Assembly: GCF_009914755.1 (NCBI RefSeq)
Contig: NC_060928.1
Source of the DNA: the human T2T-CHM13v2.0 reference genome, Homo sapiens
Strand: one strand, 5' to 3'
DNA: 64,000 nt
Made by a program: the position numbers and the translations under genes. A model generated the notes under the pieces. The model worked only from the letters and a program-made list of their open reading frames with translations. It did no database searches and was not told the DNA's origin. How positions within the stretch are numbered: position 1 is the first letter of the stretch; every line of letters starts with the position of its first letter. Of this stretch, positions 56,632 to 64,000 are shown one piece after another.

Positions 56632-57664
56632 GGTGTTTAATTGGTTTATATCTTCCATTTCTACGTACTCAATATTTTTAAAACTCTTGTTCACACTCCC
56701 TTCCTTCATATAAATATTTTTGAAGTAAATCAGTGAAAGCCTATAAAGTTTCGTGTTCATTAAGTGTATAATATGTTCTAAAATAGTTTTAAAGTGCTAC
56801 ACATATCACATAATATCCAAAACTATTTTTTCATTATTTCCATTTTATAAATGAGAAAAATTGAGTTCAAGGGAATAATGTAGTGTTCCTTTACTGGACC
56901 CTAGACATTTTATGCAGTCTCCATGATCATTTCAAAGTCATCTTCTTCACTACCATGCTAAATTACCACTGCAAAATAATTGAAATAGATAATTAACCCA
57001 AGAGCAGATTTTAAGAAATCAAATATAAAATAGGGAATTATATATTTATCAATTATAGTCAATTAAATCATAGGAAATACAAGGACTTCTATTCTGCAGG
57101 AGCTGAAGTATAAATGTATTTTGGCATTTTCTGAACCAAGTAAAGGCAAGCGGCTATGGTCTTGATATCCATGTAAATCAAGGATTTCAGAAATCAAGAC
57201 TCAAATAAAATGGAACTTGAAACAAACCTGCCAACAGAACAGCAGAAGTCATAGTGGTATGTGAAAAGGAATGTGAATTCCACTCATCAGTTTAGGAAAG
57301 TACCAAGGAATCTTGTACTCCTTCAGGTGCGAGGCTAAAAAAATACATAAAAAGTTACCCTTGAGGGGTCAGAAGTTTCAGGCAGATGTGGTTATCAAAT
57401 TCACACCTCTCCAGTATTTTGTGAATAGTAAGTTGAGAAATTCATATAAAAAACTATGATTTCAAAAGCTGAAGGCCCTGGTGGTTTCATCATGGAAAAA
57501 ATATAAAATTTTCCTTTATAGATCTTTCAAAAGCCAAGACTCATGGGGCTCTCATGAAAACTACTCTCACAGTGAGCTCACAGTCAATGTTTACAAACCA
57601 TATGAGGAGACCTACAATGAGGAAAAGTTAACAGATGGATGAAATGGGAGAGTTTGTTCTCCAA

Positions 57665-57907
57665 GTTAAAAAGTCCATTGGCATTCTAATCAAAATCTCA
57701 CCAGGAATTTTAGCATAGCTTGACAAGCTGATACTATAATCCTAATGGAATTGTAAAAGTCAAAAATAGCCATGGAACTTTGAAAAAGTTTATTATCAAG
57801 CCAGTAGTTTAAACTGGCTAAATGGAATAGAACTCAAAATTCATATTCCTCCAAGCATATATGATATATGATACATGATGGAAATAGCACTGCACATCAA
57901 TGGTAAA
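57665..57907 (+). mobile_element. Old L1ME ORF2 fragment
   Basis: 'attctaatcaaaatctcaccaggaatttt..cttgacaagctgatactataa'. Confidence 0.6.
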
Positions 57908-58783
<876 letters not shown>

Positions 58784-60340
58784 AAGTGCACCCTTTGTCA
58801 ATTTGGCACCCGTTTACAGCTACTTAAACCATACCTCATCTTCAAATAAAGACAATAGCAAGGTCATACTTCCACCTAACATAATTTAACTATCCTACGT
58901 ACAACCAAAAATGCACTAACTCTTTCCCCAGAAGAGGATACAAAGCTCTTGGTGATGTTTACTTTTTTCTATATCCCATAAATTAAATATCGTAATATAA
59001 AGTTAACAATATTTAAATACCATGATATAAAGTCAATAGATCTTATATGATAAAGGGATAAGTGAGGAAAGAAAACAAAGATATTTGATATATATGCAGA
59101 CACAAACACAACCATATTCCTAACAAAATAAGAATGTAATACTCATAACAGCTGCAGTCCTCACTTCTGTTATTGCTCATGTGGTCTTAGCTGGTATTTA
59201 TAATTACCTTCTTCCACTACCCATTCCATATTACCTTTTCCCCAGCAAGTACCTTAACTGCTTCTGGTTCTTTACCTGATGAGGTAAATTAAATCCCCAA
59301 ATCTTCATTTCTGAAGGGTCTGCGCCACGAGTAGCTCTGTCTAAATCACATGGTTGTACTCTTCCGTTCACTTTAATCACAGGGCATGGCAATTTAGTAC
59401 TAAGAGATTCCCTAATGGATATTTTGTATTTCAGATATACTGTTACTTACCTCCATTGTGCAGTAACAATCCAATTTGCCCTTGGTATTCAGGAACAATC
59501 ACTTAATCAGTGCAGTAACTCCCTTCTTTGCCTGTTCATTTAGAGGTGTGAGGGGCCCAAAGTGGCTGAGGGTCTGGGAGAGTCTTAATATCCAGTTCAA
59601 TGTAATCACTGTGTTTCTTAGTGGAAGTATTCCTGTCTTTGGAATGAAGACCTGTATGCCAGCAGAGCATAAGGGTACAGAGACAAGAAGCAAACATTCA
59701 TTAGCAGGTCACTTGTGGTAATATTGTGTATTGCCACCACCATTTCCACTTGATTCCTAAACGGAAACATTCTGGGTATAAGAGAGACAGCACCATATAC
59801 TGCATGTTGATTCAGTGTATACAGCCTCCTAGATAACTTTGCTGTGCCCTGCAAGGAATGATCACCTAGTTAGTGCTATCACTGAGTCTTCAAAAAGGCC
59901 ATTCCATTGTTCTATTAAGCCAGCTGCTTTAGAATAGAGAGGACATGATAAGATCAGTGAATTCCATAAGCATGAGCCAATTGCCACACTTCATTGACTG
60001 TGTAGTAAGTTCCTTGATCAGAAGCAATGTTGGGTGGAATACAGCAACAATGGATTAGACGTTCTGTAAATTCAAAGATGATAGTTTTGACAGAAGCATT
60101 GCATTCAGGGAAGGCAAATTTGTACCCACTGTTAAGTGTCTATTCCTGTAAAAACAAAACACTTCTTCTCCCATGATGGAAGTTGTCCAAAGCAATCAGG
60201 TAATCCACCTGCCACTAGACAGCTGGTTGATCACCCTGGGGAATAATGTCATATCCGGGACTCAACATTGATCTCCACTGCTGGCTAATTGTCCAGAAGT
60301 GCATGTAGCGAGGCAGGCTTTGGTGAGTAGAACCATGTTG
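58784..60340 (-). mobile_element. ERVL internal region (3'UTR, dUTPase, integrase), degenerate
   Basis: Abuts the MLT2 LTR through the PPT; pol-end peptides are recognisable in minus-strand ORFs. Confidence 0.88.
59380..59860 (-). pseudogene. ERVL dUTPase and integrase C-terminal remnant
   Basis: ORF 59499-59693 'LCSAGIQVFIP..G.LP..LNW.LRL..HFG.L.PL..QAKKGVT' resembles HERV-L dUTPase; ORF 59618-59854 'YTLNQ..VYGAVS.I.R....RNQ' resembles the integrase end; frameshifted. Confidence 0.85.
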
Positions 60341-61064
60341 CTTTCCTCTCATCTCCTTATCTTGTAACATAAGATGTGTTCACTTTTTATGACAGTTTTT
60401 ACATATTTGTTCCACAGTGATCAGGTTTAAGCAAATCTACCCCCAAAGGCCAAGGCCAAAGAAAGAGGCTGACAAATCCAGTTTCTTAGAAACATTTAAC
60501 AGGGACTTACAAACAGAAGCCATAGTCAGGGGGTTGTTAGATAAGATGATGGATCCTTGCACTGTTACTCCTTAGACCCAGGACTTATGTGGCATATGGA
60601 CATATTATATGAGCTTCAGAAGGGATGTGTATGACTACTGCTTAAGGGCAGGAATTATGGTAAGTACAATAACATCAAGGTTGTTTTGACCTAAGGGCAG
60701 AACTTACGGTGTTACACAAAGAAGAGCAGATAAAATAGAAATCGTAGGGGCATTCCTGGAACTGAGCTTAGTTGAAGTCAACATGGTAGATTAGCATCTA
60801 AGATGAAGTTGCCTCAGCCTCCACAGTATTGTTGTCTTTACATCACATTATTTCAGTTATGAGACATAAAGAAGAAGACTAAGCATCACCCAAAGAAATT
60901 TGCATTGTCTTATGGGGGAAAGGGTTTGTTTGTTACAGTTGTATACATGATAGTTTCATCATGTTAGGTGGAAGTAGAACTTTGTTATTGTCTTTATTTG
61001 ATGATTAAATATACTTAAGGAGATGTGTATGGGTGCCAAGTTTTCACATAAAATTAACTGTACA
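60341..61064 (+). mobile_element. Inverted copy of the ERVL 3' internal end plus a minus-strand MLT2 5' tip
   Basis: Reverse-complement match to ~58800-59073; see findings. Confidence 0.75.
60408..60825 (-). mobile_element. Solo LTR, LTR47-like
   Basis: Reverse complement begins TGTGGAGGCTGAGGCAACTTCATCTTAGATGCTAATCTACCATGTTGACTTC; 5-bp TSD atatt / gtatt. Confidence 0.75.
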
Positions 61065-61114
61065 GAAATGGTCAAGAAATATTTCCTCACAAATTCAGAA
61101 TCCTGCTCCCAGCT

Positions 61115-61290
61115 TCCTGCTTGACATCTTTTCTTGAATGCCTCAAAGCACTTCATACTCTGCATGACCCAGCTGAACACATGATTCTGTACTCCAAAGT
61201 CTGTCCCTTTTCCATTTTTGTGCTTCTAAGTAAAAGGCAGCCCCGTCCACCCAGCTATGTATGCCAGAGATAAAGGTGTCACTTTGTACA
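61115..61290 (+). mobile_element. L2 fragment
   Basis: 'cttgacatcttttcttgaatgcctcaaagcacttcatactc', 'ccacccagct'. Confidence 0.6.
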
Positions 61291-62601
61291 ATAAAGACGA
61301 GAGGAAAATGTTAATTATTAAAAGCTCTTTATTAATCCCATGCTATTCTACTTTCTTCAACAAGCTTATAATACTTAATTTGGGTTTCATAAAGTTAATT
61401 AAATTAAGTAACCTAATGACTTCAGGTATTTTTACAATTTTGTAAACTCATTAATCCAAGCTTATTCCTAAATCATGCCCACTTAAAATATATTTTTGTT
61501 TTATTAAAAAAAGTATTTTAAAATTTCATTCAAAATATAAACCTATATTCCACAATTTTAGTGCATTAATATAAACTCTGTCTATAAAAGTTTTATTCTA
61601 GAAGGTTTTGCCTTTAAAACTAGTGGTAATTGTAGAAAATAATGTAATTTGAAATCTGACATCGAAAGTATTATTGAATATAAATCACTCTTAAGAATAG
61701 CTTTTGGTAACATGTCTTGCATTTTAATTGAGAGATAATGGCCATTTCAGGAATCTCACTGATTGCTCTCTTTGGTCATTTGCTTTTATTTTAATCTATT
61801 TTCTTTAAAAATTTTAGTACTTTCTCATGCCTGCTGTGATGAAACTATCAGGCAAATTTGGGATCCATATGGGATTTCCTCTACACATACTTTGAGCCTT
61901 TAATTCCAAACTGATATTTTATTCCTTAAAATGGTATAAATATGACCACTAAATATTCTGTCTGAAGCAACAGAGACAAATGGGCCATCTAGAGAATGGG
62001 TAGGAAGGATGGGCCTGTAGAACACTTCAACTCTCCATGGATCTAAGAACCAGAGACAGAAGCAATAACAGAGGGTGCTGATAGAGCTGCTACTATTATA
62101 CAACTACTAAGACTTTATTGCAATTTTACAACACATATAATTTGTGTATAATCGGTTCCTCTATCTTTGTGTTTTGGGTGTTATTTTGTACATGTTTCCC
62201 TCACTAACACACTTGGCTCTGAGTTCCTTGATGAAGGAGATTTGCTCATCTCTGTATCCTCAATACGTATATAAAATACCTACACCAACGAAAAACTGTA
62301 TATAATAAGTGTTTGTAATAGAGTGTTATAATTAACTACACAGAAATGTGAAAATAAAGGGCATAAATATGTGTGCTCAGAATCTTTTTGTGTTTCTTTT
62401 CAGACATACATGCAAACCTTAAGTCTTACTAATAGCAAACTATCAGAAAATAGACACTTGGAACTATAAGGATATTATTTTAGACATGGTGCTCTTTTAG
62501 GCAATAATTACTAAAGAACAAGAACCTATCATGTTTAAATATATATGATTACTTTTATACAAACATATTATGTGCTAAAAATTATAAAAATATTGTATTT
62601 A

Positions 62602-63010
62602 TGTATTATGTCATTCTTGTATTGCTATAAAGTAATACTCGAGACTGCGTAATTTATAAAGAAAAGAGGTTTAATTGGCTCACAGTTCTGCAGGCTGTAC
62701 AGGAAGCATGGCACCCACATCTGGTCTGCTTAGCTTCTGGCGAGGCCTCAGGAAGTATTTACTTATAATGGAAGGTGAAGGGGTAGCAGACATGTCACAT
62801 GGCAAAAGCAAGAACAAGGGGGTGGGGAGGTGTCACGCATCTTCAAAGAACCAGATCTTGCATGAACACACTCACTATGACAAGGACAGCACCAAACCAT
62901 GAAGGATCCGCCTCCATCACCCAAACACCTCCTACCATGCCCCACCTCCAACATCGGGAATTTCATTTGTACATGAGATTTGGATGGAGACAAATATCCA
63001 AATCATATCA
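62602..63010 (-). mobile_element. MSTB-like solo LTR
   Basis: tgtatta...ccaaatcatatca; perfect 5-bp TSD ATTTA at 62597-601 and 63011-015. Confidence 0.93.
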
Positions 63011-63164
63011 ATTTACGTGTGTATTTATTAGGTAAAATGACCAAATGTAAACATTTTTATAGCTGTACTTATAATTTCCAAACAAAATTTTATCTTAGTT
63101 AGAATTATATTTTCTATTTTTATAAATAATTTTGTGCCACAAATATTCAGTTTAGCTCAATATT

Positions 63165-63611
63165 TAGACTTCATAAAGGGCAGCTATGACTCACTCAAAA
63201 GGGATAATTTGTCAGAGTTCAATGAAGAATAATTTTAGAAAGATCTAAGGGAAACCAAGAAAGAATGATGCATGTCTAGCAGTCATGGGTAGATGGATGG
63301 TGACTGTGCCACCATGGCAGACATGGGGAGGTAGCAAGTGGCAGAACTTATAAGAGAGAGCACTTTGAAGAGGGCCGCACAGCATTGGCTATAGACGCGC
63401 TACATAGTCAGGAACCAGGGTATGAAGACTCTGGCTGTCCTCTCCTCCTGCCTTTTAGAAGAAGATCTGCTGGTGCATCTCCCAGGCTTGGTGCAGCCCA
63501 GATGGTGTAGTCCCTTGAAGGACACTGTTCCAGGTCACAAAGCAGGGTGGAGGAGAATGGAAAGACAGTCTGTGGGGGGAGGGGGAGGGCTGTAAGAAAA
63601 TGTCCAGAACA
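63165..63611 (-). mobile_element. LTR33-like ERVL LTR
   Basis: Reverse complement 'tgttctggacattttc..ctccaccctgctttgtgacctgg' resembles the LTR33 5' end. Confidence 0.6.
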
Positions 63612-64000
63612 GCATGCTTATGTGACATTATCTTAATGTAATAATAATAAAATAAACTGCTTGCTTTTATTCTGTTGCACAGAGAGGATAAAATTATATG
63701 AATTTCTTTTAGAGTATGGAAAATAAGTTGTAACTAATATATATATATGAAACCAACATTATATTATAAATATATATAATATATATAAGACATTGAATGT
63801 CTCATTCTTCTCAATGACTTTTTAAAGTTCAGATTCTACTCTCTATAATGATGACTAGTTCACAGAACATAAACCAGGTATATGTATTTCTGAGGTTATA
63901 GCTGATAAAATTTGTAAACTAACAAAGATGTCATTGGATTAAAACACAATTAGAAACAGTGTTTTGGTTTAATTTCTTTACAGCTACTCAGTGATTGTAA

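Overview
This is AT-rich, CpG-depleted primate nuclear DNA (AluY present, so catarrhine and probably human), either intergenic or deep intronic. I can support no host protein-coding exon, RNA gene or CRISPR array. The ORF track is explained by repeats, low-complexity sequence or chance. A large part of the window is interspersed repeats: about 14 Alu/FLAM/FAM copies (many with readable TSDs), old L1 fragments (L1M and L1PA), L2, MIR, many LTRs (two MER52 solo LTRs, MST, MLT1, MLT2, and MER21-, MER39-, LTR47- and LTR33-like), an ERVL remnant with degenerate dUTPase and integrase, and DNA transposons (Tigger2a, MADE1, MER5A, MER63). Subfamily names come from my recall of consensus sequences, not from a search. 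I found no convincing novel biological system. The best leads are structural: (1) an ERVL remnant carrying an inverted copy of its own 3' internal end, joined to an LTR tip at a short native inverted repeat; (2) a diverged ~135-bp local duplicate, not recognised as a known repeat, that keeps a GTAAGT donor in both copies; (3) a collapsed L1 with nested LTR elements; (4) a near-perfect 51-bp tandem duplication inside an old AluJ.
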